DNA from: Candidatus Nomurabacteria bacterium
Lineage (GTDB): Bacteria; Patescibacteriota; Minisyncoccia; Phycocordibacterales; SBAW01
NCBI GenBank assembly: GCA_943356415.1
Contig: CALREW010000001.1
Span: 357,745-421,744, forward strand
Length of the DNA stretch: 64,000 nt
Reading direction: 5' to 3'
Part shown: piece after piece, positions 20,318 through 29,606 of the stretch
Position numbering within the stretch: the first letter of the stretch is position 1
Layout of the letters: each line of letters starts with the position of its first letter
The notes under the pieces: generated by a model
What the model was told of the DNA's origin: nothing
Seen by the model: the letters and a program-made list of their open reading frames with translations, nothing else
The model's database searches: none
Position numbers and translations under genes: made by a program

Positions 20318-21418
20318 CTACCGATGCTTCCACTCAAGCGCTTCTTTCGGCAACAGCGCATCATCTACGAGATCAACCTCTGCAACTCGTCCGACAAGCT
20401 TCTCGAGGTCTCGAGGTTTGATACCAGAACCAGGCCCTTTGATAGTGAGCATCTCCTTTTCGATAACAGTTCCTTTCGGAATTACTACCGTCGTTGCAAC
20501 GCTCTTAGCAAGCTTCTCGCGCAATGGAATAAGTTCGGGATAGAGGACTTTCTCGCGAGAGCCGTTAATTTTCTCAATGCGGCGGATATCGCGCACCAAC
20601 TGCGCAAGCTCTTGCGGCTCAAGCGAGCCTGCATGATCTGAACCTTTCATAGTCTTGTCGAGCGTAAGATGTCGCTCAACGATGCACGCACCTTTTGAAA
20701 CGGCGACGAGCGTCGGCAAGAGATCCGGCTCATGCCCCGAATACCCCACCGGCAAAGGCTTATAGCGTTCAGTGAGTACGTCCATCACGTTCATGTTCAG
20801 CTTCTCCTCAGGAGCCGGGTACAGAGATAGGCAGTGGAAGAGGATAAGGCGGTGGTTGTGCTTGAGGACCGCTTCTACCGCATCGTGTATTTCCTCAAAC
20901 GTACTCATACCCGTTGAAAGGAGCACTGGCTTCCCTTTTTGAGAGACGTATTCAATAAGGGGTGTATTGGTTATATCGGCCGAGGGTATTTTGTAGGCAT
21001 CGATGCCGAGTCCGTGCATCACATCAGTACTTGTCTTGTCCCACACGCTTGCAAAGAAAAGAATGTTCTTTTCTTTTGCATACGCCATAAGCTCCTTATA
21101 TTGCTCCTCGTTAAACTCAAGCTTGTCTCGGTGCGCACCATAGGTTGGCGCATAGGCGTGTGGCGATGTGTACGCTTTCTCGAGTCCTTCACGGGTCAGA
21201 ATCTCGGTGGTGGTGCGTTTCTGGAATTTGACCGCATCGGCGCCACCTTCGACTGCAACATCAATAAGTTTCTTGGCGATGTCCATATCGCCGTTGTGAT
21301 TGATGCCAATCTCGGCAATAAAAAACACCGGCTCACCCGCACCAACATAGCGCGTTCCTACTTTGACTCGGTCTGGGTTCCCTTGAACGAGGTGTTTTAT
21401 TCTCTCGAAAATACTCAT
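20318..21418 (-). CDS. neuB: NeuB-family nonulosonic acid synthase (N-acetylneuraminate/Kdn/legionaminate-type PEP aldolase) with C-terminal SAF domain
   Basis: VFFIAEIGINHNGDMDIAKKLIDVAVEGGADAVKFQKR is the NeuB TIM-barrel signature. The C-terminal SAF/antifreeze-like domain is present. Confidence 0.9.
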   Translation of the reverse strand: MSIFERIKHLVQGNPDRVKVGTRYVGAGEPVFFIAEIGINHNGDMDIAKKLIDVAVEGGADAVKFQKRTTTEILTREGLEKAYTSPHAYAPTYGAHRDKLEFNEEQYKELMAYAKEKNILFFASVWDKTSTDVMHGLGIDAYKIPSADITNTPLIEYVSQKGKPVLLSTGMSTFEEIHDAVEAVLKHNHRLILFHCLSLYPAPEEKLNMNVMDVLTERYKPLPVGYSGHEPDLLPTLVAVSKGACIVERHLTLDKTMKGSDHAGSLEPQELAQLVRDIRRIEKINGSREKVLYPELIPLREKLAKSVATTVVIPKGTVIEKEMLTIKGPGSGIKPRDLEKLVGRVAEVDLVDDALLPKEALEWKHR

Positions 21419-21570
21419 GATACGCGTTAGCGTCGCATAGAACAGTTGGGGTGTAAAGACGACATGCTCTATAACCCCGTCGAGGCACGATATGTTTCAG
21501 ATGCGTGATTTGAATTGGAGGTAATTGTGTGGCATTGTAGCCCTGGAATTGCCCGGAGGGAACCAAAATC

Positions 21571-22605
21571 ATGACTGTCTCTAAGCTGGCCATTGCGGCC
21601 AAAGACGTGGCTGCCGCTCGCGCGGTAACGCCGATCATCTCTGAGCTTCGGCGCCTCAACCTGGAGCTGCGTATCGAGCTGTATGTCGAAGGGTTCGCCG
21701 CTGGCGAGCATTTCGGCATCGCGCCCACCCTATCCTCAAAGAAGGGCGGCTCCCTCAATTTGGCAGAGGTGCTCAAGCGGCTCGGAGAGTTCGACCCGGA
21801 CGTGTTACTCGTCGGATGCTCAACGTCCGACGAAGGCCCTTCGATCGAGCGAGCGCTCATCGAATCCCTCAGTGATGAGCAGCGCCGCAAGATCAAGATT
21901 GTGGCCGTCCCCGACTACTGGCGCGCGGAACATCGGCTGGGTCTCTCTGTCGATTTGCTGCTCGTCATCGATGATGTCGCCAAGCAGTTGGCCGTGCAGA
22001 ATGCGGCCGCAGCCGAAGAGCCGGTAATCATCGGTGACTTCGTGGCATCGGACGTGGAGGTGCAGAAGTGGATCGCCGGGTCCTTTGAAAGTGCCCTGCC
22101 CAAGGGGCTCGATCTCAACAAGACGCTTCTGGTCGTGGGGCAAGGACTACCGTATCTCCCCGACCTCATGAGTCTCTCCGTCGACTGCCTCAAGGAGTCG
22201 CCCGGCTGGACATTGGTGCCACGTCTCTTCCACCCCAAGAAAAAGCCGGACGATGGCCTGGTGGAGACCTGGAACCGGCTCTCAGAGCGATACCGCGACC
22301 GCATCGTAGAGCTCGATGCGCACATCTTCTCAACCGATGCGCTCGCCGTTGCCTGCGGCGCGACACTCTCTGGCTTCTCGACGACACTGCGGTACGCCGC
22401 CGCAGCCGGCAAGCTCGCGCTCTCGGGTGACACCGAAGCGGTGCGTGCCGGACGTTTGAAATCCACCAGCATAGAGCTCTACCCGCCGGCGATAACTGGC
22501 GAAGCGCTCGCGGTGACGCGGGGTATCCCGCTGCACAGCATGGGGTCCACCGTGCGCCCCTTCAACCCAACACTCGCCGCCAAGCGCATCTTGGCCCTCA
22601 AGTGA
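21571..22605 (+). CDS. GT-B fold protein with C-terminal HP(K) motif (TagF/KpsC-S/sialyltransferase/WecB-like); paralog of 38404..39438
   Basis: Sits in a GC-rich island with GGAGGG 10 nt upstream of the ATG. Shares ordered motifs with 38404..39438 (N-terminal Rossmann start, AVxDYW, FHPKxKxDxxxTW, xADxxAxxxSxxLxxAAAGKLAL). Substrate not assignable. Confidence 0.4.
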   Translation: MTVSKLAIAAKDVAAARAVTPIISELRRLNLELRIELYVEGFAAGEHFGIAPTLSSKKGGSLNLAEVLKRLGEFDPDVLLVGCSTSDEGPSIERALIESLSDEQRRKIKIVAVPDYWRAEHRLGLSVDLLLVIDDVAKQLAVQNAAAAEEPVIIGDFVASDVEVQKWIAGSFESALPKGLDLNKTLLVVGQGLPYLPDLMSLSVDCLKESPGWTLVPRLFHPKKKPDDGLVETWNRLSERYRDRIVELDAHIFSTDALAVACGATLSGFSTTLRYAAAAGKLALSGDTEAVRAGRLKSTSIELYPPAITGEALAVTRGIPLHSMGSTVRPFNPTLAAKRILALK

Positions 22606-22635
22606 ACCCGCGGCCTCAGGCCGCCTACATCGCAG

Positions 22636-22662
22636 AACCCCGCCCTAACCGGCGGGGTTTCG
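22636..22662 (+). terminator. intrinsic terminator downstream of 21571..22605
   Basis: ccccgcc-ctaac-cggcgggg followed by tttcg. Confidence 0.5.
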
Positions 22663-22666
22663 CACA

Positions 22667-23263
22667 TCAAAAATATCGACGCAGCCTCCTCAATGCTCGT
22701 GTGAAAAACTGTAGTTTCTTATTTACAAAAACCAAACGCCAAGTTCCCCCTGCGTATTCGACGCAAGATATCGAGGCAAGTGCAAGTGATTGCCGCTCGT
22801 TGGTAAGCCCCATAAGAAGGTTTTGCAGAATAAGTTCATGCGCCACAATGCACACCGCCTCCTGCGAGTTCGTTTTCCGCTGTTCGTCAAGAACGGCCCC
22901 GACTCTTGAGAGTGCTTGCTCATAGGTCTCCTCCACCGATCGTGCCGCGGTCTCTCTGGCTCGAAGTGACTGTACCAGTGCCGCAAATGCTTTCCCCTCA
23001 AGATCGTGCACCGGTTCCCATTCACACAACCGCTCGTCAAGACGAAGTGGTACACCGCACGTTAGCGATATGAACTCAGCAGTTTCTTTTGCGCGCGCAT
23101 AGGGACTACTTATAATTGATTCGATATGTTTCCCTTTTAAAAACCGAGCCGCGGCACGGGCTTGTGCTTTACCCCACACTGAAAGTGCCGCTTCACGCGC
23201 TTGCAGAGGTGTGAGCCCCTCACGTGGAACACTTTCTCCATGCCGCACCAAATAAACTTTCAT
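22667..23263 (-). CDS. histidine phosphatase superfamily (phosphoglycerate-mutase-like) protein
   Basis: Begins MKVYLVRHGES (RHG catalytic motif). Start set to the internal Met so that it abuts the upstream cytidylyltransferase stop. Confidence 0.8.
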   Translation of the reverse strand: MKVYLVRHGESVPREGLTPLQAREAALSVWGKAQARAAARFLKGKHIESIISSPYARAKETAEFISLTCGVPLRLDERLCEWEPVHDLEGKAFAALVQSLRARETAARSVEETYEQALSRVGAVLDEQRKTNSQEAVCIVAHELILQNLLMGLTNERQSLALASISCVEYAGGTWRLVFVNKKLQFFTRALRRLRRYF

Positions 23264-23979
23264 GCGCGTCCTTGTGTCTTCATCAAATACTCGTACGTGC
23301 TCCATCGCTCAAGGGTGTCAATACCGTTTTCTGCATGCGGAAGTATAACGGGTACAATCTTTTTCCCTGAGAGACCCTTAAACGCGGTAACCGTGCGCGC
23401 CCAAAGCGCATCGACATAGCCCACATGCTTGTACGCTTTCGGCAATAAATACGTTGGCTTATTAAATGCTTCTTCCCCTTCAAGTGCGATAAGCGGTTGT
23501 AAATACCCTTCTTCATCGACTGAGTACATTTTGTAAGGCGATTGCTCGGGTTCAGTGACCGTGCGCGCAGAATCCGCATCAGGATGCTCAGAGAGAGCCT
23601 CGATAGTTGCATCAATATGCTCGACAGTTCTAAGCGGCGACGTAGGGCGCAACTGCACTAGCATGTCGGGTGTCTTTCCTTCGTGCTCCTCCATCCAAGA
23701 GAGAGCGTGCTCAAACACGAGATAGTCGCGCGCTTCGTCAGTCGACATTTCTGCCGGACGCGTGTAGGGCACCTCAGCGCCAAGCGAGCGAGCGAGCGCT
23801 GCTATTTCTTCGTCATCAGTCGAGACAATGACTCGGTCAAGATAGGCTGACTTTTTGGCCTCCTCTATCGTCCAGGCGATAAGCGGTTTGCCACAGAGTT
23901 CCTTGAGGTTTTTACGCGGAACACGCTTGCTACCCCCTCGGGCAGGGATAATCGCCGTCACCGTATACGACTGAATCAT
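23260..23979 (-). CDS. CMP-nonulosonic acid synthetase (acylneuraminate cytidylyltransferase family, NeuA/PseF-like)
   Basis: AIIPARGGSKRVPRKNLKELCGKPLIAWTIEEA...VIVSTDDEEIA matches the CTP_transf_3 signature. Confidence 0.85.
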   Translation of the reverse strand: MIQSYTVTAIIPARGGSKRVPRKNLKELCGKPLIAWTIEEAKKSAYLDRVIVSTDDEEIAALARSLGAEVPYTRPAEMSTDEARDYLVFEHALSWMEEHEGKTPDMLVQLRPTSPLRTVEHIDATIEALSEHPDADSARTVTEPEQSPYKMYSVDEEGYLQPLIALEGEEAFNKPTYLLPKAYKHVGYVDALWARTVTAFKGLSGKKIVPVILPHAENGIDTLERWSTYEYLMKTQGRA

Positions 23980-24051
23980 ATGCCGTATTTAACCACGCAG
24001 AAAAACAAAGGTCACTGACCGAACCCGGGCGTTCGTTTACAATAGAGCGGT

Positions 24052-24393
24052 ATGGAAACCTACCGCGAAGAGAGGCCCTGGGGAGCCTTCGAACAATTCA
24101 CCCACAACGAGCCCTCAACCGTAAAGCTTATTCACGTATCTCCAACAGGTCGGCTCAGTCTGCAACGACACCAAAAACGTGATGAGTTTTGGAGGGTGGT
24201 TTCGGGCAGCCCTCGCATCACTATAGGAGACATTGTTACTATCGCTAACGTAGGTGACGAATTCTCAATTCCAAAAGGCACGATCCATCGCATCGAATCA
24301 CCAGATAGCGCCTCAGTGATACTCGAAATTGCAACGGGCGATTTTGATGAGAGTGATATCGAACGGCTCGAGGATACTTACGGTCGAGCGTAA
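24052..24393 (+). CDS. stand-alone mannose-6-phosphate isomerase cupin domain (type II PMI C-terminal domain family)
   Basis: EERPWGAFEQF...LQRHQKRDEFWRVVSG...DESDIERLEDTYGR reproduces the MannoseP_isomer cupin motifs. Confidence 0.75.
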   Translation: METYREERPWGAFEQFTHNEPSTVKLIHVSPTGRLSLQRHQKRDEFWRVVSGSPRITIGDIVTIANVGDEFSIPKGTIHRIESPDSASVILEIATGDFDESDIERLEDTYGRA

Positions 24394-25790
24394 GCATTAA
24401 GTCCCCTTGCAAGCTCTTCCCCGAGACGCCGTCCAGCGTTGCCGTCAAGCGGATCGAGCAGAAGCGCCTGTGCACGCTTCCGTGCGGCTTCATCGACATA
24501 CGAAGGAGTAAAACTTGCGAGCACTTCCTTGGCCAAATCCTGAGGCGTCGGGGCATAGGCGGCAGCTCCTGTTTCCATAAACGCTTCAAAGTGCGTGTAG
24601 CAGTCGTAATACCGCTTCACCGAGAGCCAATACGGCATATCTTTTCGTGCGCCATCGAATCCAACACAAATGGCGCGACGCCCAAAAGGAATCGCATCAA
24701 CGGCAACCGTCGAAGCTGCCGTTACCACTGCGTCGGCATAGGAAAGTGCGTGCATGTAGCGCTCCTCGCTGGTAAGGCCTTTCCCTTTCTCGTCGAGGTA
24801 CGACGTGTCTCCATCGAACACCACGTGAGTAAATTGGGCTAGTTTCTCTGGCGGCGGTTTAAATTTTGGATGCGCCCGCACCAGCACGCGCGCGCGAGGC
24901 CCGAAGGCGCCGTCGCGCGCCATGGCATTCATCACCTCAATCGCTCCCATTTCCTCAACAAAAAGGAACTCTCCCATTGCGCCGTAGAACACTAGTTTCT
25001 CCTCAGGCGAGAAACCGACACTCGCAAAAAACTGAACTTTAGGAATGAGTGTGTCGCGCGCTCGCAGATAGGCATCGTAATGAGGCAGTCCAACAATCGA
25101 CATCGGAACGCGAGATACACTTATCCCCTGGTATTTCGTAGCCATGTCCCGCAAAAAGACATTTTGAAGGAAAAAACGATCAGGGACCACGCGTAACAGA
25201 CCGTGACTTGAGAGATTGTCCCAGCTGCGAACCATTCCGAGGAGTGGGACCTTCTGCTGCCGCGCCGCGCGTGCCAGTGGAACGTCAAAGTTAAAGTTGG
25301 TGAGCGACAAACATACCAGCACGTCTGGCTGTAGGCTCCGTATACATTCAGTTGCCTCTTTATCTGAGGTGTAACGAATGATGAGAAACCGTACGAACCG
25401 TTTGAAAAGCGAGCTGTGTGCAAAAAGGGCCGTAAACACGCGTTTGCGATATGCCGACAAAAGACCGATGTCCCCGCGGGTATAGGCCCGCATCTTTGTC
25501 CACAGATTGGTGCGCGTCGGCAGGCCACTGCGCGCCAGAGACATAATCGCGCGTTCACGCGCTGTTTCCTTGCCACGCGCAAAGGTAACAACTTGCGCGT
25601 GCGCGCCGACCCGCGTGCGAATATCCTGGGCAATCGCTTCGTCAGCAATGATGGTCACCTCCGACGCCTCAAGAGTGCTAAAAAATGAATCGACAAATTC
25701 TTCGGTCAGTATATTCCTGGCGATAATTGCCTCTCCAACGGTTATAGCTACCCGCATACGCGTCAATGGTACTTCTTTTCTATCGTCCAT
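24378..25790 (-). CDS. hypothetical two-domain protein; C-terminal half is a third copy of the HP(K)-motif GT-B domain
   Basis: VRAHPKFKPPPEK...YADAVVTAASTVAVDAIPFGRRAI aligns with the FHPKFK...YADGVASGYSSTL...AGKLAL block of 38404..39438. Confidence 0.35.
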   Translation of the reverse strand: MDDRKEVPLTRMRVAITVGEAIIARNILTEEFVDSFFSTLEASEVTIIADEAIAQDIRTRVGAHAQVVTFARGKETARERAIMSLARSGLPTRTNLWTKMRAYTRGDIGLLSAYRKRVFTALFAHSSLFKRFVRFLIIRYTSDKEATECIRSLQPDVLVCLSLTNFNFDVPLARAARQQKVPLLGMVRSWDNLSSHGLLRVVPDRFFLQNVFLRDMATKYQGISVSRVPMSIVGLPHYDAYLRARDTLIPKVQFFASVGFSPEEKLVFYGAMGEFLFVEEMGAIEVMNAMARDGAFGPRARVLVRAHPKFKPPPEKLAQFTHVVFDGDTSYLDEKGKGLTSEERYMHALSYADAVVTAASTVAVDAIPFGRRAICVGFDGARKDMPYWLSVKRYYDCYTHFEAFMETGAAAYAPTPQDLAKEVLASFTPSYVDEAARKRAQALLLDPLDGNAGRRLGEELARGLNAYARP

Positions 25791-25812
25791 TACAACAGCG
25801 TGCGGACACTCG

Positions 25813-27195
25813 TTATGTCTTCACAATTCTAAATATCCTTAGATAACGGACGGCAAGTGCGCGAAGTTCACTCAAGATAATAATGTCGTCAGCATCGACG
25901 GTAAAAAAGTCCCGCCAATCAAGCGAAAATCCGGGCATAAGTTTCTTCAACGAACGATAGCGTTCCCACGTGTAGAGCGAATTGGATAGGATGTTGGCGT
26001 ACGCGATGCCGAAGAGTCCAAAGAAATGAATCATGACGGGCGTCAGGACGATAACGAGTACGAGCTTGTAGAGGGATGCAAAAAAGAGGTTGCGCTGTGC
26101 TTGAAGCGCATAAAACACGCCCCCAAAAATAATGTCGAAGGCAACCGAAATAAGCATAAGAAGCGTAATTTGAAACAGCGGTACGGACGAGAGGTATTGT
26201 GGGAAGAACCAACCGATAAAAAACGGAGAGAAGACTGCAGCAGCAATGCTCACGAGTGCGTAGCCAGCCAATTCATATTTAATTGCCTTTGCGACAATGT
26301 GATGGAATCGCTCTTTCAAATGAACATACTGCGGCAGCATGGGGATTATCACTCGATCAAGCGGCACGAGAGACATGGTGTGCCCGATGAGCCCTTGCGC
26401 GACCGCATAAATACCGACTGCCTCGGTTCCAAGGAAAAACTTGATAATCCATGGACGGATATTGCGCCCAAAAACACCGAGATAACTTGAAAAGACGCCC
26501 CATTTCCCATGATGGAACAAAAAGTGGAACGTCGGGTAGCGCGTCTGTTTGGTACTCCAAAATGACGAGTCGATGCGCACAAACGGAAGAGAGAACGCGA
26601 GTAAGCCAACCGCTTGCGAGAGGACAATGGCTAGTACCAAACCTTCCGTGCGCATATCGAACATAAAGAAGAAGAGCGCGAGCAAAAGCAATTTAAAAAG
26701 TTCTTCCGCAATAGAGTAGAGCGACTGTTGTTTAAATTCAAAATACACGCTCTGAAGCGCTTGCATGCAGATTCGTACGGGCGACAGCAAAAATGCAAAC
26801 GAGATTATTTTGAATAACGTGGACGCTTCTTCTTTGCCGTACTCAACGGCTAAAAAATGCGCCCCAAAGAAAACGGCCGCCCACAATAGTATTGCGAAGT
26901 ATGCCTGCAAACGGAGGAAAGAGAAGAAGAGCCCTTTCATGCGCGGCAAGTCGCCTACACCGCGCTGCCGCCCCATATCTGCAATAACGGTTGTACTGAG
27001 ACCCGGTAAGAGGAAAAGGGAGAGCAGTGGTATCGCGGTCAAGACGAGCTCCGCGGAACCGTACTCATGGAGCGTGAGGCGGTTGAGGACGAGTAGCACT
27101 GAAAGGAAACTGAGCCCCTTCATTACAAGGGTCGTCCCTGCCAACCACGTGGTCCCGCGTCCCACCGTCGATCTAACCGATGCATCCATCTTCAT
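25813..27195 (-). CDS. Wzx-like oligosaccharide flippase (MOP/polysaccharide biosynthesis protein family)
   Basis: 460 aa with about 12-14 TM segments and the typical PST-family N-terminus. Confidence 0.75.
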   Translation of the reverse strand: MKMDASVRSTVGRGTTWLAGTTLVMKGLSFLSVLLVLNRLTLHEYGSAELVLTAIPLLSLFLLPGLSTTVIADMGRQRGVGDLPRMKGLFFSFLRLQAYFAILLWAAVFFGAHFLAVEYGKEEASTLFKIISFAFLLSPVRICMQALQSVYFEFKQQSLYSIAEELFKLLLLALFFFMFDMRTEGLVLAIVLSQAVGLLAFSLPFVRIDSSFWSTKQTRYPTFHFLFHHGKWGVFSSYLGVFGRNIRPWIIKFFLGTEAVGIYAVAQGLIGHTMSLVPLDRVIIPMLPQYVHLKERFHHIVAKAIKYELAGYALVSIAAAVFSPFFIGWFFPQYLSSVPLFQITLLMLISVAFDIIFGGVFYALQAQRNLFFASLYKLVLVIVLTPVMIHFFGLFGIAYANILSNSLYTWERYRSLKKLMPGFSLDWRDFFTVDADDIIILSELRALAVRYLRIFRIVKT

Positions 27196-27361
27196 AGGGC
27201 GCTTTGTATAGTACGGTATAACCTACCAAAGTGCCCGAATGAAACCCGCCTCGGTTGCAAAGCATGTAAAATATGTCACTATCGGGACGCTGTTTCTTTG
27301 CCGCCGTTGCGGGGGTTATTAGAGTGGTCTAGGAGAGCCCTAAAACAGCGTCATCTACCAT

Positions 27362-27853
27362 ATGAAAAAAAAGAAGAAAGTTGCTACGAAAAGTAAGAAG
27401 CGAAGGGTATATACCTACGGGGTATTCGACCTATTTCATAGCGGGCACGCGGAACTCCTGAAGAAGGCAAAAGGATTGGGTGACCACCTTGTTGTCGGAC
27501 TCTTTACCGATGAGGTTGCGGCAAGCTTCAAGCGGCAGCCGGTTATCCCCTATGAGCATCGCAAAGCCGTGCTTCATCACATAACCTTTGTCGATGAAGT
27601 TGTTCCACAAGATGAACTGCTCCCCCACAAGAATATTCTTAAAATAAAGCCTCACATTCTCGCAAAGGGGCCAGGCGCTGGCTGGGAGCCAAAAATGAAG
27701 GAGGCCCCTGGTGAAGAGGCGATAAAGGCAGTTGGCGGGAAAGTGGTTCGTCTTCCGTATCACGAGGGCATATCAACGAGTCAAATTATTAAAAAAATAG
27801 CAGACAACCATGGTAATAGTCTCAAATCACCTGCTCGAAAAAACCGAAATTAA
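27362..27853 (+). CDS. tagD: glycerol-3-phosphate cytidylyltransferase (TagD-like)
   Basis: YGVFDLFHSGHAELLKKAK (HxGH nucleotidyltransferase motif); about 160 aa. Confidence 0.8.
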   Translation: MKKKKKVATKSKKRRVYTYGVFDLFHSGHAELLKKAKGLGDHLVVGLFTDEVAASFKRQPVIPYEHRKAVLHHITFVDEVVPQDELLPHKNILKIKPHILAKGPGAGWEPKMKEAPGEEAIKAVGGKVVRLPYHEGISTSQIIKKIADNHGNSLKSPARKNRN

Positions 27854-28346
27854 TTTTCCACGCGAGCACGTTGTTATTCGTATTAACGTCGCCTGGATAC
27901 AGACGAAGGAAAAGTTGGTTGAACTGCTTGGCGGCATCTCTCACGATATTTTCCTCGACTACCCGCAAGGACGCTCAAAGCCGCCTCGCCCAACGCTCAC
28001 CCTCGACGAGACGATAGAACTCATACCTCAGTTTCCAAACATCAAATATTTTGCGGTCTCAAACGTCGAAGACCCTGATGCCGTCGCGCTCATAAAGGAC
28101 CGTCTCCCGGAGTCGGTAGAGCTTGTACCTAAAATAGAAACGAAGAGAGGCGTCGAGATGCTCAAAGAGATCGTCACCCGCATCGGCACGAAACACATCA
28201 TGCTCGATAAGGAAGATCTCTACACGAACGTCAATCTAGACCAGGAGGTCTTCGAGCAGCTCGTGACGCTTGCGCGTGCAAACTGCAAGGAAACAGGCGT
28301 TGCCACCCTCGAGCTTCAAGGGGTCGTTTTTGCTCCACACGAGTAG
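27810..28346 (+). CDS. small PEP/pyruvate-binding TIM-barrel-like protein (pyruvate-kinase-like superfamily fragment)
   Basis: FAVSNVEDPDAV...LVPKIETKRGVEMLKEI...IMLDKEDL resembles the PK FASFIR...KIENxEGVxxxDEI...IMVARGDLG block and PEP-utilizers_C. Only about half-barrel length. Confidence 0.35.
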   Translation: MVIVSNHLLEKTEINFPREHVVIRINVAWIQTKEKLVELLGGISHDIFLDYPQGRSKPPRPTLTLDETIELIPQFPNIKYFAVSNVEDPDAVALIKDRLPESVELVPKIETKRGVEMLKEIVTRIGTKHIMLDKEDLYTNVNLDQEVFEQLVTLARANCKETGVATLELQGVVFAPHE

Positions 28347-28355
28347 GCCCGTTTC

Positions 28356-29585
28356 TTACTCAACAATTCTTTCTATCCTCGCGAAAACCTGGCTCGCTGA
28401 TTTTTCAGGCTGAGGATTGAGTACCATCGCACGAATCTTTGCGCGCTCACCCGCATACGCCTCCGGCTGCTTTGCAGCGTCAATAAGTGCCTGATAGAGC
28501 GCTTCGACGTTTTGTGCCTTTTGCCCTGGGGTAATTGCCTCGTAGTCAAAGTACATCTCGCGCATCTGACCCGTGTAGGTATCGAGGTCAAATGGGAAAA
28601 AGACGATTGGTCGGTCAAGCACCAAAAACTCGATGTATACGGATGAGTAGTCCGTCAAAAGTATGTCAGTAAAGCGAAGTGGAAGCATTGCGCCCACTTC
28701 TGCAGGCAAGAAACTAAGATTCGAAAACGGTTGATTCCCTGCTGGTGGAAGTTCGTGGTGCATCTTTATATACATGTGCATCGCGTGTTTTCCTAAGAAC
28801 GCATCAAGGGCGGCGAAGTCGAGTCCACTTTTCTCGAGCGGATTGTTGCTCCCGTCACGGAACGTCGGCAAGTACATAATTACTTTTTTTGTAGCGCGAA
28901 TTGCCTCCATGGTCTCAATGAGCCTCTGTTCACTTGGAAGTACGAGCACGTCAGATGAGAGGAGCGCCTCGTTACGTGGTTGGTTCTCAACAATCACGTG
29001 TGAAGTGTCGACGCGGAATGCGGAGCTAAAGAAATCACGCCAGGACTTTGATTGAGAGAGCACGTAATCGCCAAAATCAGCCTTGTACGGTTCGAAAAAA
29101 AGATGATAGAAGCGCTTTAGCCCAGTCGTGGTATACACCCAATTATTCTTCTTGGTCTTTGCCGAATCATAGACAATCTTTTTTATCGGCAACCCGTGCC
29201 AGAGGTTAATCTTCACCATTCCGCCAGTCAGGAAGTAGAACGCCGATATGTGGGACTCGATAACAATTACTTTTGCACGAAGCGTGTACCAGAGTCCTTG
29301 AAGTGAGTAGGCGTGATACGCGTGAAATCCTTGCTCGGTAAGTTCGGCTGCAATCTCATCCGAATGGGTAATCCAAACCGCTTTCAAGTGAGTTTGATTG
29401 TTGTGCATGTAGAGGTAGAGATATCGAGCATTATCCGCAAAGCGCTTCCCTCCCCATTCATCAAATAGCCATACGCGTTTGCTTCGCGGCACACAAAACG
29501 AAAGGCCGTACAGTATATAGAAAACACACCGAAGCAGCGCTCGAGGAATATCTAACAAAAGTCGTATCATCCGTTTGAAAATCAT
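28356..29585 (-). CDS. CDP-glycerol glycerophosphotransferase (TagB/TagF family)
   Basis: Glyphos_transf motifs: YLPTFRD, MHHELPP (HP-type), TDILLTDYSSVYIEFLVLDRPIVFF. Confidence 0.8.
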   Translation of the reverse strand: MIFKRMIRLLLDIPRALLRCVFYILYGLSFCVPRSKRVWLFDEWGGKRFADNARYLYLYMHNNQTHLKAVWITHSDEIAAELTEQGFHAYHAYSLQGLWYTLRAKVIVIESHISAFYFLTGGMVKINLWHGLPIKKIVYDSAKTKKNNWVYTTTGLKRFYHLFFEPYKADFGDYVLSQSKSWRDFFSSAFRVDTSHVIVENQPRNEALLSSDVLVLPSEQRLIETMEAIRATKKVIMYLPTFRDGSNNPLEKSGLDFAALDAFLGKHAMHMYIKMHHELPPAGNQPFSNLSFLPAEVGAMLPLRFTDILLTDYSSVYIEFLVLDRPIVFFPFDLDTYTGQMREMYFDYEAITPGQKAQNVEALYQALIDAAKQPEAYAGERAKIRAMVLNPQPEKSASQVFARIERIVE

Positions 29586-29606
29586 TTCACCTATGTTGAA
29601 GACGGG

